From the IMG/VR virus record IMGVR_UViG_3300025151_000016: a stretch of DNA of 64,000 bases; one strand, given 5' to 3'. Position 1 is the stretch's first letter. Each line of letters opens with the position of its first letter. This stretch comes from a virus. Made by a program: the position numbers and the translations under genes. The notes beneath the pieces were generated by a model. It searched no databases, was not told the DNA's origin, and saw nothing but the letters and a program-made list of their open reading frames with translations. Of the stretch, positions 44,864 to 55,124 are shown one piece after another.

Positions 44864-46183
44864 TTATGCCATGATGTTGTCAACACGGAAGATTCTGTAG
44901 TACTGGTTTGTTTTCGCTGTTGCAAGACCATTAGCTGGTGCTGAACCTACGAATGGGTTTGACGCCATGCCGTAACGAGTTTTAAAACCAATTTTTGGCT
45001 GGAAGTCATTCTCACCAACCGCACGTACCATTGTTAACGGTACATATGGACAGTAGAAAACACCTGCGTCATATGGGTTAGTACCCTTATAACCTACAGT
45101 TACATAATCGGTTGTTGAATACGGGTCAATATAGACTCGTGTTTTACCGTTCATAACACCTGCAAATGTATTACCTGTGTCATCAACATTCAAGTTAGTT
45201 GAAAGTGCCGGAGCATAATCCAAAGAACCTGCAGCTGCTAGAGCAGAAGCAACGTCTGAAGAACAGATAATGAAGTTACCTTTTCCTCTACGTGTTTCTT
45301 TTGCAATCACGTTTGAATCTCTTTCGATTTGTACGTGTAAGCCTTTGAATTTTTCAACTGACCAACGACCGTCAGCATCTGTTGACATGTCAAAGATACC
45401 GTTGATTGCTGTTGAGGATTGACCTGCACCAGTTTTAGCTTGTGAGTTGATTGTTCGGATTACTTCACGGTTAATTTCCGCTAAGATCTCTGTTGACAGA
45501 ATGTTTGCCAATTCTGTCTCAGCATCAAGACCATGAATTGCTTTCAAGTCTTGTGCTAGTTCTAGAGAGTATTCCGCTTTCAACGCACGTGACTTCGCAG
45601 TCACAGTTGATTTTTCGATGGTGAAGCCCATGTTACGGAATGCACCTGAAAGTTCAGATCTACCGGTGTCTATACCGTCGCCGAATGTAAGGCTTCGTTC
45701 TGAGTCAAGTGATGAGTCACCGGCAACGTTACCAGCTGCTGGATCGATTCCGTCAAGACCTGATGGTGATGAGGAATGAGTATCTGAAGAGTCACCAGCG
45801 AATGTAGTGTCTGCTTCGTTGAATAGAGCTTCGGTTGCACCAGTTGTACCACTTGTGTAGCGAGCTTTCATCGCGAAGATCAGGCCTGTTGGACCAGTCA
45901 TCGGCTGAACGCCTGCAACGTCATAAGCGATCATGTTAGGTGCTGCACGACGTACTAATGAAATCAATACTGGATCCCAGTTTGATACAGATGCATTAGA
46001 TACAGAAGTTGCAGGTGCTTCTGACAAGAAGCTCATCTGTGCGCGCTCTTCTTGAAGAGCTTTTTCTGTGTTCTCTAAGAGAACAGCTGTTACTGCTTTA
46101 CGGTGGTTGTCAGCGATAGTACCGGCAGATTCTTCTGCTAATACTGGATTCCACTTTTCCACCAAACGATCATAAGTTTCCAT
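44864..46183 (-). CDS. gp23: Major capsid protein (gp23)
   Basis: GVQPMTGPTGLIFAM, KSRALKAEYSLELAQDLKAIHGLDAE, FQPKIGFKTRYG. Confidence 0.98.
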   Translation of the reverse strand: METYDRLVEKWNPVLAEESAGTIADNHRKAVTAVLLENTEKALQEERAQMSFLSEAPATSVSNASVSNWDPVLISLVRRAAPNMIAYDVAGVQPMTGPTGLIFAMKARYTSGTTGATEALFNEADTTFAGDSSDTHSSSPSGLDGIDPAAGNVAGDSSLDSERSLTFGDGIDTGRSELSGAFRNMGFTIEKSTVTAKSRALKAEYSLELAQDLKAIHGLDAETELANILSTEILAEINREVIRTINSQAKTGAGQSSTAINGIFDMSTDADGRWSVEKFKGLHVQIERDSNVIAKETRRGKGNFIICSSDVASALAAAGSLDYAPALSTNLNVDDTGNTFAGVMNGKTRVYIDPYSTTDYVTVGYKGTNPYDAGVFYCPYVPLTMVRAVGENDFQPKIGFKTRYGMASNPFVGSAPANGLATAKTNQYYRIFRVDNIMA

Positions 46184-46195
46184 TTCTAGAACTCC

Positions 46196-47248
46196 TTAAG
46201 GATTTGATTTTCTAATTGCGTTAAGGTACTGAGACATTACATCGCTAACTTCTACAGAAGGTGTATCTTCATCTGTAGTGTCTTCTACGATTGCGGACTC
46301 AGCGGTTTTCTTTGCAAAATATGTTTCTTTGATAGTAGCAACTTTTTGTGTAAAAGTTTCTTCATCTTCAAAGTCAATTTCTTCTGCTAGAGTTTTTAGC
46401 TTCTCGACTTGAGTTTCTGCTAGATCTTTAGATGCTTCACGGATGATAGCATCACGCTTAAGATCTTCTAGTTCTTCAGCAAGTGCGATAGACTTAGTCA
46501 TTGCATCGTTGTAGCTTTCTTCAAGCTCTTCGTTTGCACTGGCTAGTTCGTCGACGAGGTCAACTTTGGACTCAGGTACTTCTACGTAAGACTCTACGAA
46601 TAGATCTTTCATCTTGTTCATAAATGTCTCAGCGATTTCAGTACGCAAACCTGTTTGTACAGCAAGTTTGTTTTCTTCCATCCATGTCTCAACCACATAG
46701 TTGAGGTAGCTATCAACCTTCTCTACCATCTGTTCTTTTGTAGAAGCAAGTTCTGTTTCCAGTTCTTCTTTATACGCTTCTTCCAAACGATCGATTTCTT
46801 GAGAAAGTTTTGCCTTTACCGCAGCTTCAAAAATTACAGCTGTTTTGGCTTTGAACTCTTCGGAAAGAGTTGCCTCAGATTCGACTAATGCATTTAGGTC
46901 ATCAGAGAAATCAACTTTAATGTCGAGTTCTTGATCTTCAATAATTGTATCTTCGATATCATCGGCAGATACGTCTTCACCCATCATTTTACCATATGCA
47001 GCCATTAGCTGGTCTTTTTTCATACCAGTCATCATGCCGTGCATAGCATTGATCATGCCAGCTTTTGTCTTTGGCATTGGTTCGCTGTTTTTCTTATCAC
47101 CTTTGCGAGCCGGAGCTTGCGAGGTGTTATCCCCAGCTTTATCTACAGAAGCGACAGATTGTGCCTCTGCATTTTTAGGATCGTGAGCTTCTTCCACAAC
47201 GTCGTTGTCATCGAGCTCAACTTCCTGGTCTTCTACTTGATCAGTCAT
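46196..47248 (-). CDS. gp22: Prohead core scaffold protein (gp22)
   Basis: LSEEFKAK..IFEAAV, VDSYLNYVVETW; acidic coiled coil. Confidence 0.92.
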   Translation of the reverse strand: MTDQVEDQEVELDDNDVVEEAHDPKNAEAQSVASVDKAGDNTSQAPARKGDKKNSEPMPKTKAGMINAMHGMMTGMKKDQLMAAYGKMMGEDVSADDIEDTIIEDQELDIKVDFSDDLNALVESEATLSEEFKAKTAVIFEAAVKAKLSQEIDRLEEAYKEELETELASTKEQMVEKVDSYLNYVVETWMEENKLAVQTGLRTEIAETFMNKMKDLFVESYVEVPESKVDLVDELASANEELEESYNDAMTKSIALAEELEDLKRDAIIREASKDLAETQVEKLKTLAEEIDFEDEETFTQKVATIKETYFAKKTAESAIVEDTTDEDTPSVEVSDVMSQYLNAIRKSNP

Positions 47249-47258
47249 GTTTGACTCC

Positions 47259-47918
47259 TTATGTTTTACTTTTCAGCAACGAGAGGAAATTCTTAAACTC
47301 ACGAGTCTGAACCTCATAGAGATCCTTTCGTGGAGCCTTTTTAATTTCAGTCTCCATTTTTTCAATTTCTCGAGCTTCAATAACGCCGTTATTCCAGATC
47401 CACTCAACACCTTCCATTATTCCATTAACAAAAGCAGTTGGTGCTGATGGGTCTTGTACGATATCAACCGTATTAAGAATAAAGTCGTCCTTGACGACCA
47501 TTGCGCCGTTTCTTTGCTCGAGGCTACCCATACCACGAGTTGAAACACCCAGTTTGACTCCGCCATCAAGCAGACCCTTAACGATCTGTCCATTTGGAGT
47601 ATCCAAAATGCGTGCTTTACCCACAACATCGTCTTTTTGCCAATCAAGGGCTTCGATGAGGTGGGATACTTTGTCTAAGTTTACAGTCGGTCCATCAGGG
47701 TGGTTTAACTCTCCAACTGCACGCTTAGTGCTAACTTGTTCTTTAACGTATTTGTCAACAGCCTTTTCCATAATAGGCTTAGGATAAACTCTGCCATTAC
47801 GGTTTTTCTTCTCGGCCTGCATGAACACGCCTTCGATGAAATAATCTTTACTACCATTTTCTTTTGCTTCAGTAATGATTTCAACATCGTTGTCGCTATA
47901 TTCAGCAATTAATTTCAT
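47259..47918 (-). CDS. gp21: Prohead protease (gp21)
   Basis: NRNGRVY, GELNHP, GVSTRGMGS, DPSAP. Confidence 0.95.
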   Translation of the reverse strand: MKLIAEYSDNDVEIITEAKENGSKDYFIEGVFMQAEKKNRNGRVYPKPIMEKAVDKYVKEQVSTKRAVGELNHPDGPTVNLDKVSHLIEALDWQKDDVVGKARILDTPNGQIVKGLLDGGVKLGVSTRGMGSLEQRNGAMVVKDDFILNTVDIVQDPSAPTAFVNGIMEGVEWIWNNGVIEAREIEKMETEIKKAPRKDLYEVQTREFKNFLSLLKSKT

Positions 47919-47922
47919 AGTC

Positions 47923-48138
47923 TTAACCTTTATATTGTTTTATAAACTCTTTACCCATCTTCTCGGCTTCAGCCGCGGTGCGATAAGAGTCTAGTTTTTC
48001 ATTATCAATATAGGTAATGAATCGTCCTTTGTCCTTGTGAATCATGAGACGATTCTTCCCAACCTTCATGTCTTTAACATGCTGACCGGGAGGCATTTTA
48101 CCACGAGTTTTTTCTCTCAGCTGTTTAAACGTTTTCAT
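47923..48138 (-). CDS. Small basic head-region protein
   Basis: MKTFKQLRE start; late promoter upstream. Confidence 0.65.
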   Translation of the reverse strand: MKTFKQLREKTRGKMPPGQHVKDMKVGKNRLMIHKDKGRFITYIDNEKLDSYRTAAEAEKMGKEFIKQYKG

Positions 48139-48158
48139 TTTAAACCTTGTTTAACTAT

Positions 48159-48166
48159 TATTTATA
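48159..48166 (-). promoter_or_regulatory. T4 late promoter TATAAATA
   Basis: Exact consensus ahead of the gp21-22-23 unit. Confidence 0.75.
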
Positions 48167-48188
48167 CTAATTAAAATTTGTAATAAAA

Positions 48189-48446
48189 TTATTCTTCATC
48201 TTCTGTTTCTTCCTCAGATGATTCTTCCTCAGATGATTCTTCCTCTTCTGTTTCTTCAACTTCTTCATCATCTAGATCTAGTTCTAATTGTTCTTCTTCT
48301 TCGCCATTAAAAATGTGTCCGGCCACTTTAACCTTTTCAGCTTCTAATGCATCATTTACTTTTGATTGAAGTATAGTGTGGAAGTGTGGTTCCGCTTTAG
48401 CAAAGTTTTGTCTAGTTATATCGTCAATTAAATCTTCAATACTCAT
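48189..48446 (-). CDS. Prohead core protein (gp67-like), acidic tail
   Basis: Position after gp20; E-rich C-terminus. Confidence 0.7.
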   Translation of the reverse strand: MSIEDLIDDITRQNFAKAEPHFHTILQSKVNDALEAEKVKVAGHIFNGEEEEQLELDLDDEEVEETEEEESSEEESSEEETEDEE

Positions 48447-49954
48447 TGTTCATCTCCAGTTGGTTCATCGTCTGTTGGACCTTCATCATCCATTTGTTTA
48501 CCTAAGTTTTCAATTTCTTCATCAGTGAACTGAAGCACGTTTTTCATTACCCATTCTTTTGAATAGTATTCGCCAACGTACTGCTGCATCTGATCAAGTG
48601 TTTGAATTCTTTCTCTCAATATTTCTGCGTCTCTGAGTTCTGTAAAATGATTATCGCGTGTATGTTCTACTATAATGCTGTTTTTCCAGCTGTCCCAGTC
48701 TTCTTCAGTAATAATACTTTTTAAGATCAATTGCTTTTTTAATATGCCATAGAACAGCATATTAAATCGCGATCTCAATCTATCTATAAACTTCTGAAAC
48801 TTTAATTCATCACGGTTAATCTCAGTAGATCTACCAAGTGAGAACTGTGATTCTTGCTCAAGCCTGTTTATAGGTACGTTAAGCGATCTGTAGAGACGTT
48901 TCTGGAAGTATATGATATCGTCGATCTGTCCCAGGTTTTCACCGCCTGGTAAGGTAGAGATCTCAGTTCCTCGACCACCTTCTCGTCTTGGAAGCCAAAA
49001 ATCTTCAAGCATCGACATACTTTTTCTATCATCTCTTATTGCCCCTGTGCTAGCATCATATACCAGTTTATTACGATACTTCGCCATAATATTTTTCATA
49101 TATTCTTCGGCCTTACCTCTTGGTAAGTTACCAACATCAATATAGAATATTCTACGTTCAGGAGCTCGAGCTAGTCTGTATATAACCAGCGAGTCTTCCA
49201 TCATGCGTAATTGGTTAATAGGTTTTAGTGCCTTATGTAAATGAGACACAACCTTACGACGTTCTTCGTCAAGTAAACCGGATGTAACATAACTTACAGA
49301 ATCAGGACTCATCTTGATTCCTTGTTTAGTTGTTCCTGGTTTGTCCTGATAGATAAAAAACTCGTTTACATTTTCAATAATAGAAGCACCACTAATTGGA
49401 TCTCTTTTCTTCTTAACTTCTTTTACTTTACGAATCTTTGCTGCGTCTATAGGACGTATTTCTTGAATACCAAGCTTAGGATTCTTTTCGTCTACAACTA
49501 AGTGATGATACATTCTACCATCGACGTACCAACGCTTGTATATGTCATGCCCTAAGGTATTAAACTCAAGCATTGAATATACTTGATCAAATTCTTCTTG
49601 AATTTGTTTCTTTATATTATCTGGTGCTTCAACATTATCAAGCACAAGCGATACAGATTTTTCTGTATCTGAAGATGTAACTGATTCGTTTACAATATCT
49701 TCTACAGCAGCATCAACCTCTGGATGGGTTGCTACTTGTCTATATTGTCGAATAAGTTGAAAGTCGTCTTTGGATTTTTTATCGTCATCACCAATGTTTA
49801 CGTAGGTACCATAATGTGCACCAGCAGCAGTTACATAACCTGCTCCATCCTCATCTACAGGAGGTACGATTGACGGCAGCATATCCTTTCCGCTAGATGC
49901 TTTCGCTCTACGGATTTCAAATCCAAATAATTTAAGTCCGCTATTATCTGCCAT
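48443..49954 (-). CDS. gp20: Portal protein (gp20)
   Basis: WYVDGR, YRLARAPERRIFYIDVGNLP, EDFWLPRREGGRGTEI. Confidence 0.97.
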   Translation of the reverse strand: MADNSGLKLFGFEIRRAKASSGKDMLPSIVPPVDEDGAGYVTAAGAHYGTYVNIGDDDKKSKDDFQLIRQYRQVATHPEVDAAVEDIVNESVTSSDTEKSVSLVLDNVEAPDNIKKQIQEEFDQVYSMLEFNTLGHDIYKRWYVDGRMYHHLVVDEKNPKLGIQEIRPIDAAKIRKVKEVKKKRDPISGASIIENVNEFFIYQDKPGTTKQGIKMSPDSVSYVTSGLLDEERRKVVSHLHKALKPINQLRMMEDSLVIYRLARAPERRIFYIDVGNLPRGKAEEYMKNIMAKYRNKLVYDASTGAIRDDRKSMSMLEDFWLPRREGGRGTEISTLPGGENLGQIDDIIYFQKRLYRSLNVPINRLEQESQFSLGRSTEINRDELKFQKFIDRLRSRFNMLFYGILKKQLILKSIITEEDWDSWKNSIIVEHTRDNHFTELRDAEILRERIQTLDQMQQYVGEYYSKEWVMKNVLQFTDEEIENLGKQMDDEGPTDDEPTGDEQ

Positions 49955-49973
49955 TTTAATTCCTTTTAACAGT

Positions 49974-50001
49974 AAAGAAAGGGCAGAAAAGCTCTGCCCT
50001 T
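49974..50001 (-). terminator. Terminator after gp19
   Basis: AAGGGCAGA...TCTGCCCTT stem followed by TCTTT. Confidence 0.7.
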
Positions 50002-50017
50002 CCCTCTATTTATTCAC

Positions 50018-50545
50018 TTACGTAGTGGTATTAGATTCCCAGTACTGGACTTGGAATTCCACCGTGAATCTCTCGATTTCGTTTTCTGAAGCATAGTTCA
50101 GATCGATTGGAGAGACCGCAGTTGGAAAACAACCACGGAAGTTATAAGTCTTCAGAGTAGATCCGTCTTTGTCGATTTGATCAACAATAAGATCTGCCTC
50201 GTAATCTGTGACGTTGGTTAGACCAGTGTTTTGCTGGTGGCCGTTCATGCCATTCATCCAACGCTCCATTGAATCACGAATTCTGAAGTCTGTGTCGTTT
50301 ATAATAGTCGGCGTCCATACATCGAATACACGATCGCCGGCCATTTTTAATTGTCTACCTCGGAAAGGTACGATAATAGTACCGATAGTAGAACCTGGAA
50401 GCTGAGCTGCCTCGCAAAGGAATGAAGTAATTTCTACATCACCGTTTGCGTAAGTAGGAAAATTGATAGTAGCTTTAAACAGATTAGGTCTAGCGCCACC
50501 ACCTCTCAGCTTGGATTTGAAGTCATCAACTCCTAAAATAGCCAT
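50018..50545 (-). CDS. gp19: Tail tube protein (gp19)
   Basis: GGARPNLF, PFRGR.LK.AGDR, W..TIIND. Confidence 0.95.
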   Translation of the reverse strand: MAILGVDDFKSKLRGGGARPNLFKATINFPTYANGDVEITSFLCEAAQLPGSTIGTIIVPFRGRQLKMAGDRVFDVWTPTIINDTDFRIRDSMERWMNGMNGHQQNTGLTNVTDYEADLIVDQIDKDGSTLKTYNFRGCFPTAVSPIDLNYASENEIERFTVEFQVQYWESNTTT

Positions 50546-50566
50546 TTGTTATCTCCTCTGACGCTG

Positions 50567-52309
50567 TTATACTGTGCCTGCTACTTCTTCAAATTCCACG
50601 CCAGTTCTTACAGCTACAAAGTTTAGAGTGATGTAGTTGACCGAACGTGCTGGCTTAATGAAGATATTAGCAACAAATTCATTTCTATCGATTACGGCCG
50701 CAGTGTTATTTGTTGCGTCACACACAACTCTGAAGTCCGTTATACCTCTTCTACCTTGGATTTCTCTCAAGAAAGGCTCGACAATGTTTACGAATTCAGC
50801 ACGGGAAAACTCATCGTTAAATTCGAAGAGTGTATTTCGAGCAGCCAAAGAAACAGCTCTTTCAACTGTTAGGAACAATCTCCGAACGTTGATTCTGTCG
50901 AATGCCGAAGGCCGTGCTAATTTTGTTTTATCACCAAACAATAGGACACCTTGTCCTGGTATGTTTGAGATTGGGTTAACGCCTGCTTTATATAAAGTAT
51001 CACGCTGTGACTTATTCGGTGAAGAAGCCAGAGATGTAATACCTAGATATGCACCCCGCCTTGGACCGGCTGGTGAGAACCAAGGTGCAGCATTTGCGTC
51101 TGTTGCAGCCATGATACCAGCAGTAGAAGATGCGGCTGGGATGAAGCGGTATTTATCGTTATATTTATCGTAAACTTTTAGATAGTTGTTATCAACTACC
51201 AGATAAGATGAATTTGTAAATGTATCTGATGTTGCTATCGCGTTTGTTACTTGAGTAGCTGGTGATGATACGTTTACGACATCTGATCTTGCAGGGGATG
51301 TAACTACAACACAGTCTTTACGAGTAGTTCCGGCTGTTGTAACTAGATCGTTTACAACCGTAGTTTGATCTGATCTTGAACTCATGCCAGGTGCAATCAA
51401 GAAATCTACTGTTATCGTATCTTTATCTTCTAAAGTATCGAATCCAGTAGCTATATTGCCAGCTGATAGTGTGCTAGCATCTGTACCGTTTGCAAGTGAT
51501 GTGGTTCTTACATCTCTAACTTCAGAGCTGTAATCTTTACCACTGACTGCGGCTGAACCAGCGTCAGCATCGAACTGACCTGCTGCGCCGAAACCTGCCA
51601 TCCATACATATTCTGATTTTCCGTTAATCGTTTCTACTGCGTAGTTAGATGAACCATCAGGTGACTTTGCGTTTGAAGCCTTTGAAATAAATGGGAATGT
51701 TTCGAGGATTGAACCGCGAGTTCCGGAGAATAATCCGTCTTCATCGACAACTGCAACATGCATCTCATCGTTTGTTGCACCGACTCCAGTAGCGTAAGTA
51801 GATGTACCAGGTGCAGCATCAAAGCTACCCTTATAGATCCAGTTAGTAAATGCTGAGTCAGCTGCAGATTGCGGACAGACAGAAACTGATAATGAATTAC
51901 CAAGCGCTCCTGGCCATTTTGCGACAAAAACATTATTGTCGCTGTCTCGGGCCGCTAATTGTGCGTTCCAATTATCGAGACTTTTTACAACGGGCTGACT
52001 GCTTTGAGCTACATCAGTCGCGTTATTTGCATTACTGTCGATTGCTCGAACAGTTTGCATAGAATTTGAGTATCTTAAGAAATACGCCGCCGATAGGAAA
52101 TCGACTGCTCTTCCTTCATTATCGTCAGGAGATCCAAAAGTCTCAGCAAGTGTCGCCTCACCATCGATGAGGGTAGCTTGTTCAACCGGACCCCAACGAA
52201 AGTTCCCGACGAATGCGCCAGTGGTAGATTGTACATTAGGCACAACGCCCGTAAGATCTACTTCCTTGACAACAATCGCTGGAGACTCTGAGGGAGTAAA
52301 TAGTGCCAT
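50567..52309 (-). CDS. gp18: Tail sheath protein (gp18)
   Basis: SP.IVVKEVDL, PWFSPAG, FDRINVRRLF, IKPARS. Confidence 0.96.
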   Translation of the reverse strand: MALFTPSESPAIVVKEVDLTGVVPNVQSTTGAFVGNFRWGPVEQATLIDGEATLAETFGSPDDNEGRAVDFLSAAYFLRYSNSMQTVRAIDSNANNATDVAQSSQPVVKSLDNWNAQLAARDSDNNVFVAKWPGALGNSLSVSVCPQSAADSAFTNWIYKGSFDAAPGTSTYATGVGATNDEMHVAVVDEDGLFSGTRGSILETFPFISKASNAKSPDGSSNYAVETINGKSEYVWMAGFGAAGQFDADAGSAAVSGKDYSSEVRDVRTTSLANGTDASTLSAGNIATGFDTLEDKDTITVDFLIAPGMSSRSDQTTVVNDLVTTAGTTRKDCVVVTSPARSDVVNVSSPATQVTNAIATSDTFTNSSYLVVDNNYLKVYDKYNDKYRFIPAASSTAGIMAATDANAAPWFSPAGPRRGAYLGITSLASSPNKSQRDTLYKAGVNPISNIPGQGVLLFGDKTKLARPSAFDRINVRRLFLTVERAVSLAARNTLFEFNDEFSRAEFVNIVEPFLREIQGRRGITDFRVVCDATNNTAAVIDRNEFVANIFIKPARSVNYITLNFVAVRTGVEFEEVAGTV

Positions 52310-52374
52310 GACTGTTTTTCCTTTTCCAGTGTTCTAATTATAAGCAAAACATAATAAGAATCTTCACTTGATAG

Positions 52375-52382
52375 TATTTATA
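52375..52382 (-). promoter_or_regulatory. T4 late promoter TATAAATA
   Basis: Exact consensus upstream of gp18. Confidence 0.75.
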
Positions 52383-52403
52383 ATAATTTTAAAATGAAGA
52401 TTT

Positions 52404-53990
52404 TTACCACTGTTCTTCATACGTTATGGCCCATGGGTGTTCTTCTCGGTCCTGTTGAGCAATATATTCTGATCCATCATCTACAAATCCAAAAGGTAAC
52501 ACGTCTTCTTCAATCTCTTTTATTCTTTGTTTAAACATCATTTCTTTAAGATTGATGTCTGTCATGTCACCGAAGTAATTACTTGTAGCAAAATAACCAA
52601 ACATCACTAGATTCATCATTAAGTCATCATGGTTGCCTTCTGCTGCTTGGTATGATTGGCCTCTTGATACAAACGTAGATATTTCTAAAATAGTATTTTC
52701 ATCTACAATCTTGAGCTTATTGTTTTCAATAATATCTTTAATCGCAGAACATCCAAGTCTTTTTACTTTACGAGTCATTTCAATACCAAGAGCATTTGCC
52801 TTTATGGCAGACTCAACATGCATGTTTTCATATTCTAATTCATGATACAGGCCATTGGTTACCACACCACCTTGATCATTTGATTCAATTACTACATATG
52901 CTTCATTGTAGACTTTTGCATATTTATAGATAATATTAGGGAAGAGTAATGGAGAGATAATATTATTGCGATATACAGCAACCTGTGCAAACGGGCGAGA
53001 GCTAATATCGATCACATTAAACGTAGAATAATCCTGTCCTCTTCCTCTACTAACATCTACGGTCATGATATAATCATGGCCTTTAACGGGTTCTTCATAA
53101 ATAAGAACAGAATTATCTTCTATTCTTCTTAATGGTTCTTTTGCTTTTAGATCTAATAAAGTATCTGCACCAACTAACGTATCACCTGTTCCAAAGAATG
53201 TATTTCCAAATTCCTGATCAAATTGCATCTGTGAAGTATTAGCAATTGTTTGTTTCTTCCATGCAGCATCTCGTCCTGGAACATCCCACCAATCAACTCT
53301 AAATGGTGAGTATTCATTTGTCCCTTGTACGGCACCTTCCCATATCTTATAAAACGTGTTACCTATACCATTAGCAGTCGACGTTATAATAACCTTCGTG
53401 TCCTTACCAGATGATACAACTGGATACGTAGAAGTATAGAACTCAGATGCTCTTTCCACAAACGCGAACTCGTCAAGGTATAGTAGGTTCACCGACATAC
53501 CACGAATAGATGAACCACTCGTTGCAGCTGCAACTATTCTTGAGTTGTTTGAAAACTCGATTGAACCTTTGTTTAATGCTTTACAACCAGGCTGTAGAAA
53601 GAAAGGAAGATTCTCGAGCATAAGAGTGACTCTTGCCAGCATCTCACGCGCCGTAGCACCTTTATTGGCAAGTATCGCAATCGTTTTTTCAGGATGAAAT
53701 ATAGCAAACCAAAGTAAGTAAGCAACAGAACTAATTGATTTACCAGACTGTCTACATGCTAAAACAATGCTGAATCTATTATTATTAAAAGAATCAAACA
53801 TTTTTTGCTGATACGGATATAGATGAAACGGCACCAGGCCTGTATCAAGTGAAATTATTTTAGCATAATTTGTAGCAAAGTAGGCTGGATCTTTCATGCA
53901 TTTGGCGTATTCTTGGACGTCTTCTTTTGTCCATTCTGTAACTACACCATCTCTTTTTACATTAACGTTTCCAAGATATGTTTCATTCAT
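52404..53990 (-). CDS. gp17: Terminase large subunit (gp17)
   Basis: CRQSGKS, LDEFAF, STANG, DVSRG, HDDL; probable start MNETYLGN. Confidence 0.96.
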   Translation of the reverse strand: MNETYLGNVNVKRDGVVTEWTKEDVQEYAKCMKDPAYFATNYAKIISLDTGLVPFHLYPYQQKMFDSFNNNRFSIVLACRQSGKSISSVAYLLWFAIFHPEKTIAILANKGATAREMLARVTLMLENLPFFLQPGCKALNKGSIEFSNNSRIVAAATSGSSIRGMSVNLLYLDEFAFVERASEFYTSTYPVVSSGKDTKVIITSTANGIGNTFYKIWEGAVQGTNEYSPFRVDWWDVPGRDAAWKKQTIANTSQMQFDQEFGNTFFGTGDTLVGADTLLDLKAKEPLRRIEDNSVLIYEEPVKGHDYIMTVDVSRGRGQDYSTFNVIDISSRPFAQVAVYRNNIISPLLFPNIIYKYAKVYNEAYVVIESNDQGGVVTNGLYHELEYENMHVESAIKANALGIEMTRKVKRLGCSAIKDIIENNKLKIVDENTILEISTFVSRGQSYQAAEGNHDDLMMNLVMFGYFATSNYFGDMTDINLKEMMFKQRIKEIEEDVLPFGFVDDGSEYIAQQDREEHPWAITYEEQW

Positions 53991-54345
53991 CTTTATAGTC
54001 TTTAATGTCAATTACATTACTAGTATCAACTTCTTTCAAAAGCATTCTTTGTAAATCAGTAGTAGAACCTACAAACAAATTATTCGTTGTTCCGTTAGGT
54101 AAACCCTTTAGATCTTCCTTATGTTTATATGCTTTCTTTTTCTTGTGCATATCCATAAGGTTACCATTGATGTCAGACACAGTCTTCATCGTAGTAGCAA
54201 GAACTTCAAACGCTCGAGGATGTTCAGTGTTACGTGCGACATCCATCATATCGTCAAGTGCAGCTGATCCTTTTGCTAAAAGATCGTGGTACATTTGACG
54301 GGCATATTCAAAATCATTTTCTGCATTATCAGAATCATTCATCAC
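53983..54345 (-). CDS. gp16: Terminase small subunit (gp16)
   Basis: DFEYAR, HPRAFEV, NNLFVGSTTDLQRML. Confidence 0.92.
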   Translation of the reverse strand: MMNDSDNAENDFEYARQMYHDLLAKGSAALDDMMDVARNTEHPRAFEVLATTMKTVSDINGNLMDMHKKKKAYKHKEDLKGLPNGTTNNLFVGSTTDLQRMLLKEVDTSNVIDIKDYKDE

Positions 54346-55124
54346 GCACTATCCACAGATTGAGTTATTGTTTCACTAAATCCGAAATCAGAATCAGGAC
54401 TTACAGACAGAGGATTAGGTTTGACTGTAAGAGTTTGTAGTAATTCATCAGAATCAAGCATTCCGTTGCCGATCTGATAAAAGTTATTTATTGAAGTTCT
54501 AACGATACCAGCTTCAGCAATTGGTCCGTAGAAGTTCGCTTTCATTTCAAAATCAAGCGTATATATGATTGTACGTCTTTGTTCTTGCGGACCCTCAAAG
54601 TCGTCTGTAAATGTTACGCCTGCAATTGTGATTGGAACATCTTCTTTAATATCCGGTATACTACTCAATGGTTTTACTGTCAAGGTGTATGTAGGATTGA
54701 ATCTTGGAAGAATCTGTTCTACTATTTGTAGAGCGTCATCTTGATTCTTAGTGAATATGTTTAACTGAAAACTAAGATTATAAGGTACGTAACTATAAAT
54801 TCTATTACGTGTATTAATAGTAGTACCATTATTAATGTAATTGTTTATCTTTGGTAACTGACGTGCAGTGTCGTATGAAATACCTAATATCTCAAATGAC
54901 ATACGAGGTAACTTTACCGCAACACTTTGATCTGTTTCTAGATTAGGAAATGATCTAATTCTTTCGAGAAACTTTTGCTTAGGTGCATATGCTAAAGGAA
55001 CTTTTACTTGAGAAATTGTGGCTCCGGCTGAGTTCTTTCTCAAAATGTATAGATCATTAAACATACGTCCAAAAAGCGCAACGCTTTTCCGCATTCTTTG
55101 ATGATAAAAATGTACTCCAAACAT
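54342..55124 (-). CDS. gp15: Tail sheath stabilizer (gp15)
   Basis: VPLAYAPKQKF, LPRMSFE, QIVEQILP.F.P. Confidence 0.92.
   Translation of the reverse strand: MFGVHFYHQRMRKSVALFGRMFNDLYILRKNSAGATISQVKVPLAYAPKQKFLERIRSFPNLETDQSVAVKLPRMSFEILGISYDTARQLPKINNYINNGTTINTRNRIYSYVPYNLSFQLNIFTKNQDDALQIVEQILPRFNPTYTLTVKPLSSIPDIKEDVPITIAGVTFTDDFEGPQEQRRTIIYTLDFEMKANFYGPIAEAGIVRTSINNFYQIGNGMLDSDELLQTLTVKPNPLSVSPDSDFGFSETITQSVDSA

Noticed and set aside
48210-48245. 15-bp tandem repeat
   Set aside because: Simply encodes the SSEEE repeat in the acidic tail of the gp67-like protein
50637-51173. 178-aa plus-strand ORF and similar antisense ORFs over core genes
   Set aside because: Opposite well-conserved T4 core genes, with no independent expression signals seen
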